Below are positions 27,333 to 36,270 of a stretch of 64,000 nucleotides of DNA, one piece after another. Position 1 is the stretch's first letter; each line of letters opens with the position of its first letter. The notes beneath the pieces were generated by a model. The model made no database searches, was not told the DNA's origin, and saw nothing but the letters and a program-made list of their open reading frames with translations. This stretch comes from Polyangia bacterium (GTDB lineage Bacteria; Myxococcota_A; Polyangia; Fen-1088): positions 54,244-118,243 of the forward strand of contig DATAVR010000099.1 of assembly GCA_036267635.1 (NCBI GenBank), read 5' to 3'. Made by a program: the position numbers and the translations under genes.

Positions 27333-28859
27333 ATGTCCATCTCGCCGCGACCCTCTTGTCGAGCCGACACGGTCATCGCCCTGCTGGCAGGCGCGCTGGC
27401 CGTCGCCGCTTGCTCGGCGCCGGGCCGAGGCCTGGGCAGCACCACCGGCTCCGGCGGCAGCGGCGGAACCGGTCAAGGGGGGAGCGGCGGCGGAACGGGC
27501 GGCAGCGGTGCGGGCGGCCGCGCGGGCAACGGCGGCAGCGGCCCCGCGGGCAACGGCGGCAGCGGTCCCGCGGGCAACGGCGGCAGCGGAACCGCCGGCA
27601 GCGGCGGCAGCGGAACCGCCGGCAGTGGAGGGGTGAGCGCGTCGGGCGGCAGCACCGCCACGGGGGGCAGCGCCGGCGTCTCGGGCACGGGCGGCGCCGG
27701 CGGCACGACCGGCGCGGCCGGGTCGGGCGCCGCGCCCCCGACCATTCCCGGCTCCGGCAACTGCGCCGCGCCGGCCGGCGCCAACCCCGCCGACGCGATG
27801 GCCGCCTACGCCAAATGGAAGTCGGACCTGGTCGTCAGCAGTGGCGCCCACGGATTCCTGCGCGTGCAACGCCCGAACTCGTCGGGCGCCGAGGTCGACT
27901 CCTCCAACTCGGAGGGGATCGGCTACGGGATGTTGCTGGCCGTGTTCGCCAACGACCAGAATACCTTCGACAACCTCTGGAAGTACTCGCAACAGTTTCT
28001 CGACAACCACGGGCTCATGAACTGGTACATCAGCGCCGACGGAAACTCCGTGCTCGGCACCGGCGCGGCCACCGACGGCGACGAGGACATGGCCTTCGCG
28101 CTGCTGATGGCCGACAAGCGCTGGGGCGGACAGGGGAGCCTCGCCACCAGCTACCTGGCGGCGGCGAAGACCCAGATCGGGCTCATTTGGCAGTACGAGG
28201 TCGACCCGAACCACGCCTACGTGCTGACCTCGGGTGACCAGTCCGACGGCTCGGTGATCAACATTTCGTACTTCGCCCCGGCCTACTACCGGGAGTTCGG
28301 TCTGGCGACGGGCGCCGCGGCCAACTGGAAGAAGGTGATCGACGAGTCCTACACGGTCATCTCGGCCACCCTCGACGCGCAGAACGGAAACCTGAACAAC
28401 GGCCTCGTTCCAGCCTGGTCGACGCCGGCCGGCGTGCCGATGACGCCGCCCAACACCAGCATGCCGCTCTACCATCAGCTCGATTCCTGTCGAACTCCGT
28501 TCCGGCTCGGCGAGGACTACTGCTGGAACGCCGAGGCCCGTGCCCTCGCCTACCTCACCAAGATCACCGGCTTCTATTCGGGCGTCGGCGTCGCGAACAT
28601 GGTCGATGGCTATGACCTCGACGGCACGCCGCACCCCCAGTTCGTGACGGCGGGCGGGCCGCGCGCGGCCTCGTTCGTGGGCCCCGCCGGCGTCGGCGCC
28701 ATGGCGACCGGAACGAGCTACCTGAAGCTGCGCGACGACGCCTACGCCAGCGTGGCGACGCTGGCGGACCTCGCCGGTAGCACCTACTACCAGGAGTCGT
28801 GGACGGTGCTGTCGCTGCAGATGATGACCGGCCTCTTGCGAGATCTCGACGCGCCCTAG
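27333..28859 (+). CDS. GH8 lipoprotein (endoglucanase / xylanase / reducing-end xylose-releasing exo-oligoxylanase type) with an N-terminal Gly-rich tandem-repeat linker.
   Basis: The signal is MSISPRPSCRADTVIALLAGALAVAAC. Repeats of the form (GNGGSGPA / GSGGSGTA)n follow. The GH8 blocks are SEGIGYGMLL (catalytic Glu), ATDGDEDMAFALLMADKRW and YHQLDSCR. Confidence 0.75.
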   Translation: MSISPRPSCRADTVIALLAGALAVAACSAPGRGLGSTTGSGGSGGTGQGGSGGGTGGSGAGGRAGNGGSGPAGNGGSGPAGNGGSGTAGSGGSGTAGSGGVSASGGSTATGGSAGVSGTGGAGGTTGAAGSGAAPPTIPGSGNCAAPAGANPADAMAAYAKWKSDLVVSSGAHGFLRVQRPNSSGAEVDSSNSEGIGYGMLLAVFANDQNTFDNLWKYSQQFLDNHGLMNWYISADGNSVLGTGAATDGDEDMAFALLMADKRWGGQGSLATSYLAAAKTQIGLIWQYEVDPNHAYVLTSGDQSDGSVINISYFAPAYYREFGLATGAAANWKKVIDESYTVISATLDAQNGNLNNGLVPAWSTPAGVPMTPPNTSMPLYHQLDSCRTPFRLGEDYCWNAEARALAYLTKITGFYSGVGVANMVDGYDLDGTPHPQFVTAGGPRAASFVGPAGVGAMATGTSYLKLRDDAYASVATLADLAGSTYYQESWTVLSLQMMTGLLRDLDAP

Positions 28860-28960
28860 CTGCGGACCTTCCCGCTCGGGGAGCGCATCCACCGATTGTG
28901 CCTCGAACGGCCCGCCGGCTGCTAACATCGCCCGAGCCGCGCCTCCCGCACGAGCGACCC

Positions 28961-30400
28961 ATGGCTCAGCAGCTCAGAATCCTCCCGAACAGCCCCGGCG
29001 CAGCGGCGCCGACCGGCTCCGCTGCCGGCGTGGCGGCTCGTTCCCGCCCGCGCCCCTCGCCGACGCCGCTCGCGGGGTGGGGCAACAACCTGCGCGCCGA
29101 CTGCCAGCTGGCCGAGCCGGAGCTTCCAGGCGAAGCGACGGCCTGGCTCGATCGCGCCGGAACGGTGGCACGCGGCCTCGGGCGCAGCTACGGCGACGCC
29201 GCGCTCAACGGCGGCGGCCAGGTGCTGGGCCTGCGCAAGCTCGACCGCTACCTGGCGTTCGACGAGGCGACCGGTACCCTGACCTGCGAGGCGGGGGTGA
29301 GCCTCGAGGCGATCATTCGCGACTTCGCGCCGCGCGGCTGGTTCCCGATGGTGACGCCGGGGACCAAGTTCGTGACCGTCGGTGGTTGCATCGCCAACGA
29401 CGTGCACGGCAAGGCGCACCACGTCCAGGGCTGCTTCAGCGCCTCGGTCGACGCGCTGGCGGTGCTGCTGGCCAGCGGCGCCGTCGTCGAGGCCACCCGC
29501 GAGACCAACAGCGATCTCTTTTGGGCCACGTTCGGCGGGATGGGGCTCCTCGGCGTCGTGCTGACCGCGACCCTCCGGCTGCGGCGGATCGAGACGACCT
29601 ATTTTCGCCAGCGCTCCCTCAAGGTGGGCGACCTCGCCGAGATGCTCGCCGCGCTCGACGAGCAGGATAAGTCCTTCCCCTACTCGGTGGCGACCATCGA
29701 CGTCCTCGCCACCGGGGCACGGCTCGGGCGCGGCGTCATCACCGTCGGCGATCACGCGCCGAGAGACGAGCTGCCGCCAAGCCTCGCCGCCGACCCGTTG
29801 CGCGTCTCGGGGCCCCCGAAGCTGACGGTGCCGTTCGAGCTGCCGGAGCTGACCTTGAACCGGCTCACCATCCGCGCGGTGAACGCCTTCGTCCAGCGGA
29901 CGCAGGCGCGCGCCGCCCCGTTCGGGCACTACGAAAAGTTCTTCTACCCGCTCGACATGCTGGCGCACTGGAACCGCGGCTACGGCCGGCGCGGGTTCGC
30001 CCAGTACCAGTTCGTCATCCCCTTCTCCGACGGCCTGCCCCGCATGCGCGAGATCCTGGGCGCCATCTTGTCGGCGGGCGAGCTGCCGTTTCTCAACGTG
30101 CTCAAGCGGTTCGGCAAGGAGAGCGGCGGCGTGCTGTCGTTTCCGCGCGAGGGCTACACGCTGGCGATCGACTTCCCGATCCGCGCCAACACGGTGGCGC
30201 TGCTGCGGCGGCTCGATGGGATGGTCCTCGCCGCCGGCGGGCGCGTCTACCTCGGCAAGGACTCGTACCTCGAGGCCGCCACCTTCGGCGCCATGTACCC
30301 GGCGCTCGAGCGCTGGCTGGCGATCAAGGCCAAGTACGATCCGGAGGGCGTCTTCACCTCCGACCTCGGACGGCGCGTGGGCCTGGCGCCGGCATTGTGA
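28961..30400 (+). CDS. FAD-binding oxidoreductase of the FAD-PCMH fold, DprE1 / alditol-oxidase-like.
   Basis: The FAD_binding_4 blocks are GLGRSYGDAALNGGGQVL, VTPGTKFVTVGGCIANDVHG and LFWATFGGMGLLGVVLTATLRL. The C-terminal substrate domain ends in YDPEGVFTSDLGRRVGL. The overall length is DprE1-like. Confidence 0.7.
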   Translation: MAQQLRILPNSPGAAAPTGSAAGVAARSRPRPSPTPLAGWGNNLRADCQLAEPELPGEATAWLDRAGTVARGLGRSYGDAALNGGGQVLGLRKLDRYLAFDEATGTLTCEAGVSLEAIIRDFAPRGWFPMVTPGTKFVTVGGCIANDVHGKAHHVQGCFSASVDALAVLLASGAVVEATRETNSDLFWATFGGMGLLGVVLTATLRLRRIETTYFRQRSLKVGDLAEMLAALDEQDKSFPYSVATIDVLATGARLGRGVITVGDHAPRDELPPSLAADPLRVSGPPKLTVPFELPELTLNRLTIRAVNAFVQRTQARAAPFGHYEKFFYPLDMLAHWNRGYGRRGFAQYQFVIPFSDGLPRMREILGAILSAGELPFLNVLKRFGKESGGVLSFPREGYTLAIDFPIRANTVALLRRLDGMVLAAGGRVYLGKDSYLEAATFGAMYPALERWLAIKAKYDPEGVFTSDLGRRVGLAPAL

Positions 30401-30404
30401 CGCC

Positions 30405-30872
30405 ATGCTTCGACTACACGACAACGCCTCCTCGGGAAACGCCTACATGGTGCGGCTGCTCCTCTCGCGGCTCGGGATCCCGTTCGAGCGCATCGAGTAC
30501 GACATCGATCGCGGCGCGACGCGAACGCCCGAATTTCTGCGCAACAAGAACGCCAACGGGCGCATCCCGGTGCTGGAGCTCGACGACGGGCGCTGCCTGG
30601 CGGAGTCGAACGCCATCCTCTGGTTCCTCGCCGAAGGGACGCCATTGCTGCCCGCGGCGGACGGTGAGGCCGGGCGCTGGCTGCGCGCGCAGGTGCAGCT
30701 GCGGGGGCGGGCGTTCTTCGTCGGTGACAGCTATTCGATCGCCGACATCGCGCTCTATGCCTACACGCACGTGGCGGCCGAGGGGGGCTTCGATCTCGGC
30801 CCCTTCCCCGCCGTGCGCGCCTGGCTCGGGCGCGTCGCGGCCGAGCACAAACACCTCGCGATCACCGACTGA
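30405..30872 (+). CDS. Glutathione S-transferase, an unusually compact 155-aa form.
   Basis: The sequence reads MLRLHDNASSGNAYMVRLLLSRLGIPFERIEY...RIPVLELDDGRCLAESNAILWFLAEG, a GST N-terminal thioredoxin-like domain. A C-terminal FFVGDSYSIADIALY follows. The gene starts 5 nt after the FAD-oxidase stop codon. Confidence 0.6.
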   Translation: MLRLHDNASSGNAYMVRLLLSRLGIPFERIEYDIDRGATRTPEFLRNKNANGRIPVLELDDGRCLAESNAILWFLAEGTPLLPAADGEAGRWLRAQVQLRGRAFFVGDSYSIADIALYAYTHVAAEGGFDLGPFPAVRAWLGRVAAEHKHLAITD

Positions 30873-30946
30873 CCGCGACCGCCGGCGGCCTGCTGCCGCG
30901 CTTGCCTCGGCGGCAGCCGGAACCACACTGCAGTTGGGGGTGGCTC

Positions 30947-31396
30947 ATGACGATTCTGAGGCGGTTGGGATTGGCGGGAGCTCTGGCGTCGACGTTGGCG
31001 TTCGGCGTCGGCTGCTCGGAGACGAACAGGATACTCGGCCGGAATCAACAGACCTGGACCATGCAACCGGCGGCGGCGGTCCAAGCCGCGGAAGGGAAGG
31101 TCCAGGTAGCGACCGAGAAGGATGGAAACCACGATCTCCAGTTGAAGGTCGAGCACATGTCGCCAGCCGACATGGTCTTCGCGGGAAAATCGACCTACGT
31201 GGTGTGGCTGAAACCGGAGAACGGCCACGCGCAAAACGTCGGCGTCCTGCCGATCGACAAGGATCTGAAAGGGGAGCTCGACACCAAAACGTCGTTCGGT
31301 ACGTTCGAGGTGAAGGTGACGGCGGAGCAGAGCGCCTCCGCGACCACGCCGAGCGGGGCCGAAGTCATGCAGGCGAGCGTCGTCGTCGCTTCCTGA
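30947..31396 (+). CDS. Small lipoprotein of unknown function.
   Basis: The lipobox reads MTILRRLGLAGALASTLAFGVGC. The protein is 149 aa and is followed by an intrinsic terminator. Confidence 0.55.
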   Translation: MTILRRLGLAGALASTLAFGVGCSETNRILGRNQQTWTMQPAAAVQAAEGKVQVATEKDGNHDLQLKVEHMSPADMVFAGKSTYVVWLKPENGHAQNVGVLPIDKDLKGELDTKTSFGTFEVKVTAEQSASATTPSGAEVMQASVVVAS

Positions 31397-31436
31397 CAGC
31401 GGCGACCTCATGACACGGCGAGGTCCACTCGCCGAC

Positions 31437-31472
31437 GGAGGCGGCGTCTCTGACGCGCGCCTCCTTTTTTTT
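31437..31472 (+). terminator. Rho-independent terminator.
   Basis: The stem GGAGGCG...CGCCTCC is followed by TTTTTTTT, about 40 nt after the stop codon of the 30947-31396 gene. Confidence 0.7.
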
Positions 31473-31600
31473 GGTTCCGATTGTCGGCGTTTGGTCAACG
31501 CTGAGGTTCGCGGTTCTCCTCGGTGCGAATCGCTCTTGTCGTAGTGGCCGGAGCAACATTACGATGATGCGCCGATTTCTAACCGAGGAGATCCGAGTAC

Positions 31601-33253
31601 ATGCTCAGACGGTCTGCGCCCGCCCGTAACTCGTTCCTGTTCGTCGGGGCGGTGGTTTCGTTGGCCTGTTCGTCGAGCCCGAGCGGGCCCGTCGCGGTGA
31701 CGGTGACGCCGACGCCCATCAACGTGCTCACCTGCTCGACCACGCCGTTCACCGCCACGCTCACCGGCACCACGGAGACGGCCGTCGACTGGTCGATCAC
31801 GCCGGCGACCGGCGCCGGGACCATCGGCATCGAGGGCGACTACAGCGCGCCGACCACCGCGCCGACGGCGCCCAACAACAGCGTGACGGTGACCGCCCTG
31901 ACCGAGGGCAACCCGTCGCAGGGCAACACCACGCCGCCGTTCATTGTCGCGACGGCCTTCCCCGGCGCCCCGATCCCCGTCCCGGGCTCGACAGGCGTTG
32001 GCGAGATCGGCGATCCGTCGATCGGTGTCTACCAACATCTGGCCGCCGCCAGTGGAAACCGGGTCTACGCCACCTGGGTCGACAACCCCGCGCCGCCGGC
32101 CACCGAGATCAAGCAGATGGTCGCCCGCAGCGACGACGGCGGCGCGACCTGGACCACACCCGTCCCGGCGATCGACGCCACGATCCTCGGTGGCTCCACG
32201 ACCAACGACGGGTCGATGGACTGTCCGGCGATCGCCGTCGATCCCGGCAACCCCGACGTCGTCTACACCACGGCGACCGCGGATCTCGGCAACTCGCTCG
32301 GCGCTTCCGCCGGCGATCCGACCGGCCCCGCGGTCGTCTTCAGCGTCAGCGTCGACGGGGGAAAGACCTTCACCCCCACCGTCCTGTCGACTGCGTTCGC
32401 GGCATTCGACCCCTGCCAGGACATCGCCTCGCCTGCGCCGAACACCGTCGTCGTCACGGTGCCCGGGACCGGTTGCAACCAACTGACGACCACCGCGATG
32501 GACATTTACGTCTGGTCGGATGCCAACCGCGGCGCCGGCTTCGCGTCCGGCAGCCTCGACTCGAAACAGGCGTTTTGGGCGAGCGGGCTCACCGGCGCCC
32601 TCGACGTACTGCGCGGCGATCCCAGTTGCAGCACCGATCTCATCGCCTACGACAACGGGGGCGACAACGACTCGGCGCAGGCGATCGAATCGCCACGGAT
32701 GTTCGTCGACGGGCACGGACGGCTCTGCCTGGTTTACGCCGCCACCAGCCAGACCGGGGCGATCGAGAACAGCTACGTGCAGTGCAGCGCCGACGCCGGC
32801 CACAGCTTCACGCAGCCGTCCGAGCTCGATCCCGCGCTCGCCACCGACAACCAGCCGTCGGGGACGTTCGGGCCCGGCAACGCCGCCGCGATCGCCTGGA
32901 CGACGAACGTCGCCGGCGCCGACCAACAGACGCTCTACATCGTGCTCAGCAACGACGGGGGTGCCACCTTCGGCGCGCCGATCGTGGTCCCGACGCTCGC
33001 CAAGCCCTTCAGCCCCTCGATCCTCTACGACGCCTCGGGCGTCATCTGGATCGCCTATCGCATCGACGGCGGCAGCGCCTTGGTGGTGGACAAGAGCTGC
33101 GACGAGGGCCTGACCTTCAGCGGCCCGGTGTCGGCCAGCGTGGCCGCGGACGACAGCCTCATGGGTCCGAGCCTGCTCGACACCGGCGCGCCGGCGCCGC
33201 GGCTGTTCGGGGCCGCCGAGATGAATCTCGCCTCGTTCTCACTGTCGCCGTAA
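31601..33253 (+). CDS. Lipoprotein with BNR / Asp-box repeats (a sialidase / glycosidase-like beta-propeller).
   Basis: A gaggag RBS is present. The lipobox is MLRRSAPARNSFLFVGAVVSLAC. The Asp-box-like repeats are SDDGGATW, SVDGGKTF and SNDGGATF. Confidence 0.6.
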   Translation: MLRRSAPARNSFLFVGAVVSLACSSSPSGPVAVTVTPTPINVLTCSTTPFTATLTGTTETAVDWSITPATGAGTIGIEGDYSAPTTAPTAPNNSVTVTALTEGNPSQGNTTPPFIVATAFPGAPIPVPGSTGVGEIGDPSIGVYQHLAAASGNRVYATWVDNPAPPATEIKQMVARSDDGGATWTTPVPAIDATILGGSTTNDGSMDCPAIAVDPGNPDVVYTTATADLGNSLGASAGDPTGPAVVFSVSVDGGKTFTPTVLSTAFAAFDPCQDIASPAPNTVVVTVPGTGCNQLTTTAMDIYVWSDANRGAGFASGSLDSKQAFWASGLTGALDVLRGDPSCSTDLIAYDNGGDNDSAQAIESPRMFVDGHGRLCLVYAATSQTGAIENSYVQCSADAGHSFTQPSELDPALATDNQPSGTFGPGNAAAIAWTTNVAGADQQTLYIVLSNDGGATFGAPIVVPTLAKPFSPSILYDASGVIWIAYRIDGGSALVVDKSCDEGLTFSGPVSASVAADDSLMGPSLLDTGAPAPRLFGAAEMNLASFSLSP

Positions 33254-33263
33254 CCAGCGACGT

Positions 33264-33932
33264 TCAGACCGAGGGGCGCGGCCAGGGGATCTGCGGCGAC
33301 GGCGGGAGTGGTCGGCCCGCCGCCGCCAAGAGGCCGCGGCAGCGAGCGCAAAAGTCGTATTCCCGGTCGCAGGTGGCGACCTGCCCCTCGGCGTCCTCCA
33401 TCAGACAGCCGCGATTCGGACAGTGCGCGAGGCCCAGCGTGTGGCCGGCCTCGTGGACGGCGACCTTGGCCAGCCGCTCGCGCGCGTTGACCGCGCCGCT
33501 CGACTTCTTTCGACAGCGAAACTCGGAGATGACGCTCGACGCGCCGTCGATCCGCCCGAGACCGAGCAGCCCCCAGTCGACGACGGTCCCCTTGGTGGTC
33601 GAGATGTCGACCCCCGTGAGCCCGAGAATGCGCGCGCCGTCGGGCGGCAATCGGGTGTCGAGAAAGTCGAGCAGCTTCTCGGCCCGGTAGCGACGGCGCG
33701 GGGGATAGAACGCGGCAGCCGGCAGCGCCGCGCGCGGCAAGAGGCGCGTCTCCATGCCGATGAGCGCGGTGAGCGCCCGGCGAACCAGCTCGACGTCCTC
33801 GGCCGGCAGCTCACCGCCGAGCGGCTGCAGGTAGAGAAGGCTCCGCCTCGATGCGCCGGCGGCGCGCCGTTGGCCGAACGTCGCGAGCGCGCCCAGCCCC
33901 AGCCCGAGCAGCGCCCGACGCGTCACGCCCAT
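33264..33932 (-). CDS. Archaemetzincin-like zinc metallopeptidase (M54 family) with a Tat signal peptide.
   Basis: The motif is HEAGHTLGLAHCPNRGCLMEDAEG, which is HExxHxxGxxH followed by CPxxxCxM. The N-terminal MGVTRRALLGLGLGALATFG carries a twin-arginine motif. Confidence 0.7.
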   Translation of the reverse strand: MGVTRRALLGLGLGALATFGQRRAAGASRRSLLYLQPLGGELPAEDVELVRRALTALIGMETRLLPRAALPAAAFYPPRRRYRAEKLLDFLDTRLPPDGARILGLTGVDISTTKGTVVDWGLLGLGRIDGASSVISEFRCRKKSSGAVNARERLAKVAVHEAGHTLGLAHCPNRGCLMEDAEGQVATCDREYDFCARCRGLLAAAGRPLPPSPQIPWPRPSV

Positions 33933-33974
33933 CGAAGGGATGATCCCACTTGTGCCCGGCAACCGAGCGGCCGC

Positions 33975-35639
33975 CTACGCCCGGGAGGTGGCCAGCGCGG
34001 CGCTGACGATCGCCCGGGCCTCGTCGAGGATCGCCGCCAGGTGGTCGGCGCTCTTCAGGCTCTCGGCGTAGATCTTGTAGATGTTCTCCGTCCCCGACGG
34101 ACGGGCGGCGAACCAGCCGCTCGCGCTCGCGACCTTGAGGCCCCCGATCGAGGCGCCGTTGCCGGGCGCGCGGGTCAGCTTGGCGACGATCGGATCGCCG
34201 GCGAGTGTCGACGCCTTGACCGCCGCCGGATCGAGCCGCTTCAACGCCTCTTTCTCGGCCGGCGACGCCGGCGCGTCGACGCGCGTGTAGTACGGCGTCC
34301 CGAACTTGGCGCGCAGGTCGTCAAAGTGACGCCCAGGATCGCGCCCGGTGACCGCCGTGATCTCCGCGGCCAGCAGATCCAGGATCAGGCCGTCCTTGTC
34401 GGTGGTGTGGACCCGGCCGTCGCGGCGCAGGAAGCTGGCGCCGGCGCTCTCCTCGCCGCCGAAGCCGAGGCTGCCATCGAGCAACCCGGCGACGAACCAC
34501 TTGAAGCCGACCGGCACCTCGCGCAGCGTGCGACCGAGGTCGGCGGCGACGCGGTCGATAAGCGTGCTCGACACCAGCGTCTTGCCGACGGCGGCCGCCG
34601 CCGGCCAGCCCGGGCGGTGCGCGAACAGATACCCGATCGCCACCGCCAGGTAGTGGTTGGGGTTCATGAGACCCGCCGGCGTGACGATGCCGTGGCGATC
34701 GGCGTCGGTGTCGTTGCCGAAGGCCACGGCGAACTGGTCCTTGAGGTGCAGCAGATTCGCCATCGCGTAGGGGCTCGAGCAATCCATGCGGATCTTGCCG
34801 TCGTGATCGACCGGCATGAAAGCGAAGCGCGGATCGACCGTCTTGTTGACGACCGTCAGATCGAGCCGGTAGCGCTCGGCGATGCGCGGCCAGTACTGCA
34901 CGCTCGCGCCCCCCATGGGATCGGCGCCGATCTTGATCCCCGCCCGCGCGATCGCCTCGAGGTCGACCACGCCCGCCAGATCCTCTACGTAGGGCGAGAG
35001 AAAATCGTACTCGCGCGTCGTCGCCGCCTGGCGCGCCTTTGCATACGGCAGCCGCCGCACCTCGGCCCGCGCGCGCAGGAGCTCGTTCGCGCGCGCCTGG
35101 ATCCCGTCGGTGACGTCGCTGTCGGCCGGACCGCCGTTGGGCGGGTTGTACTTGAAGCCGCCGTCGCGCGGCGGGTTGTGTGACGGCGTGATGATGATGC
35201 CGTCGGCGAGCCCGTCCTTGCCGGCTGAGCCGTCTGGGCGCCCCTCGTTGTAGGTCAGGATCGCGCGCGACAGCGCGGGCGTCGGCGTGAAGTCCCCCTC
35301 GCTCGAGACGCGCGTCTCCACGCCCGCCGCCGCCAGCACCTCGAGCGCGGTCTTCAGCGCCGGGGCCGACGCCGCGTGCGTGTCGGCGCCGATGAACAGC
35401 GGCCCGGTGATCCCCACGCGCGCCCGATGCTCGCAGATCGCCTGCGTGATCGTCAGGATGTGCGCTTCGTTGAACGCGCCGTCCTCGGGCGCGCCACGGT
35501 GGCCGCTGGTCCCGAAGGCGACCTCTTCGCGCGGGTTCGCCGGATCGGGGCGGCGGTCGTAGTAGGCCGCGACCAGACGGTCGGGATCGATCAGCAGATC
35601 AGGCGGCGCGGGTTTTCCGGCGAGCGGCGAAACGGGCAT
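33975..35639 (-). CDS. pgm: Phosphoglucomutase, alpha-D-glucose-phosphate specific.
   Basis: The phosphoserine loop is [11 protein letters not shown] and the sugar-binding loop is GGEESAG. The protein is 554 aa. Confidence 0.85.
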   Translation of the reverse strand: MPVSPLAGKPAPPDLLIDPDRLVAAYYDRRPDPANPREEVAFGTSGHRGAPEDGAFNEAHILTITQAICEHRARVGITGPLFIGADTHAASAPALKTALEVLAAAGVETRVSSEGDFTPTPALSRAILTYNEGRPDGSAGKDGLADGIIITPSHNPPRDGGFKYNPPNGGPADSDVTDGIQARANELLRARAEVRRLPYAKARQAATTREYDFLSPYVEDLAGVVDLEAIARAGIKIGADPMGGASVQYWPRIAERYRLDLTVVNKTVDPRFAFMPVDHDGKIRMDCSSPYAMANLLHLKDQFAVAFGNDTDADRHGIVTPAGLMNPNHYLAVAIGYLFAHRPGWPAAAAVGKTLVSSTLIDRVAADLGRTLREVPVGFKWFVAGLLDGSLGFGGEESAGASFLRRDGRVHTTDKDGLILDLLAAEITAVTGRDPGRHFDDLRAKFGTPYYTRVDAPASPAEKEALKRLDPAAVKASTLAGDPIVAKLTRAPGNGASIGGLKVASASGWFAARPSGTENIYKIYAESLKSADHLAAILDEARAIVSAALATSRA

Positions 35640-35702
35640 GGGGGGACGGTAAGCCCGGTCGCCTCCGGTTGGAAGCGGCTGCCTGCCGTTTCAGGGCGCG
35701 CG

Positions 35703-36113
35703 CTATCTGAGGCTGGCGCGCTGGAAACCGGCCGGGATCGACATGTGCCGCGCGTGCCAGGAGACGCGCGCGTCGTGAACGACCGCCACGCAGACCGACT
35801 CGCCCGATTGCACGTAGAGATCCGATTCGCCGTCCCAGGCCAGCGGCGCGCCGCTCCCGCAGTCGGGCATCGCCCCTTCGCGGTTCGGAACGCGGATGAA
35901 CCGCGCCCCCGCCTTCTTGTCGACGTTGACGTGAAGAAGCTCCACCGGCCCCGCCACGAGAAACCTCGGCGCCGGCGTCGACACGCGCGTGCTCCCGCGG
36001 AGATCGGCGGCATGAACGCGCGCCGTCGTCTGGCTCGCCGCGCATCCCCCCAACCCCAACGCCAACCCCAATGTCGCTACGACGATCTGCCGTGATGTGT
36101 GCGATGTAGTCAT
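35703..36113 (-). CDS. Small lipoprotein of unknown function.
   Basis: The lipobox is MTTSHTSRQIVVATLGLALGLGGC. The protein is 136 aa and lies downstream of an AT-rich spacer. Confidence 0.5.
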   Translation of the reverse strand: MTTSHTSRQIVVATLGLALGLGGCAASQTTARVHAADLRGSTRVSTPAPRFLVAGPVELLHVNVDKKAGARFIRVPNREGAMPDCGSGAPLAWDGESDLYVQSGESVCVAVVHDARVSWHARHMSIPAGFQRASLR

Positions 36114-36270
36114 GTGTACTTTTTTGGCTACCGTACACCGACACTCGTCTACATACAATCACGTTGATGAAAACTGTATGTAACTTCACGTTGACGATCT
36201 GCTGCGGCATTTCAATCCTTGCAATCATTCTGAATCTTTATGGTTTTTAGTGATCGAATTACCTGACTCT
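36114..36270. promoter_or_regulatory. AT-rich intergenic island, much lower in GC than its flanks, carrying the direct repeat TCACGTTGA twice (27 bp start to start).
   Basis: The region reads ...tacaatcacgttgatgaaaactgtatgtaacttcacgttgacgatctgctgcggcatttcaatccttgcaatcattctgaatctttatggtttttagtgatcgaatt... It lies between the RND stop codon and the downstream lipoprotein start codon. Confidence 0.5.

Noticed and set aside
26520-28928. 802-aa ORF on the minus strand.
   Set aside because: It is antisense to the GH8 gene and is dominated by Ala/Arg/Gly repeats.
28922-30424. 500-aa ORF on the minus strand.
   Set aside because: It is antisense to the FAD oxidase gene.
30397-31413. 338-aa ORF on the plus strand.
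   Set aside because: It is an alternate frame across the GST and small lipoprotein genes, and those two genes have clear signatures.
33423-35183. 586-aa ORF on the plus strand.
   Set aside because: It is antisense to pgm.
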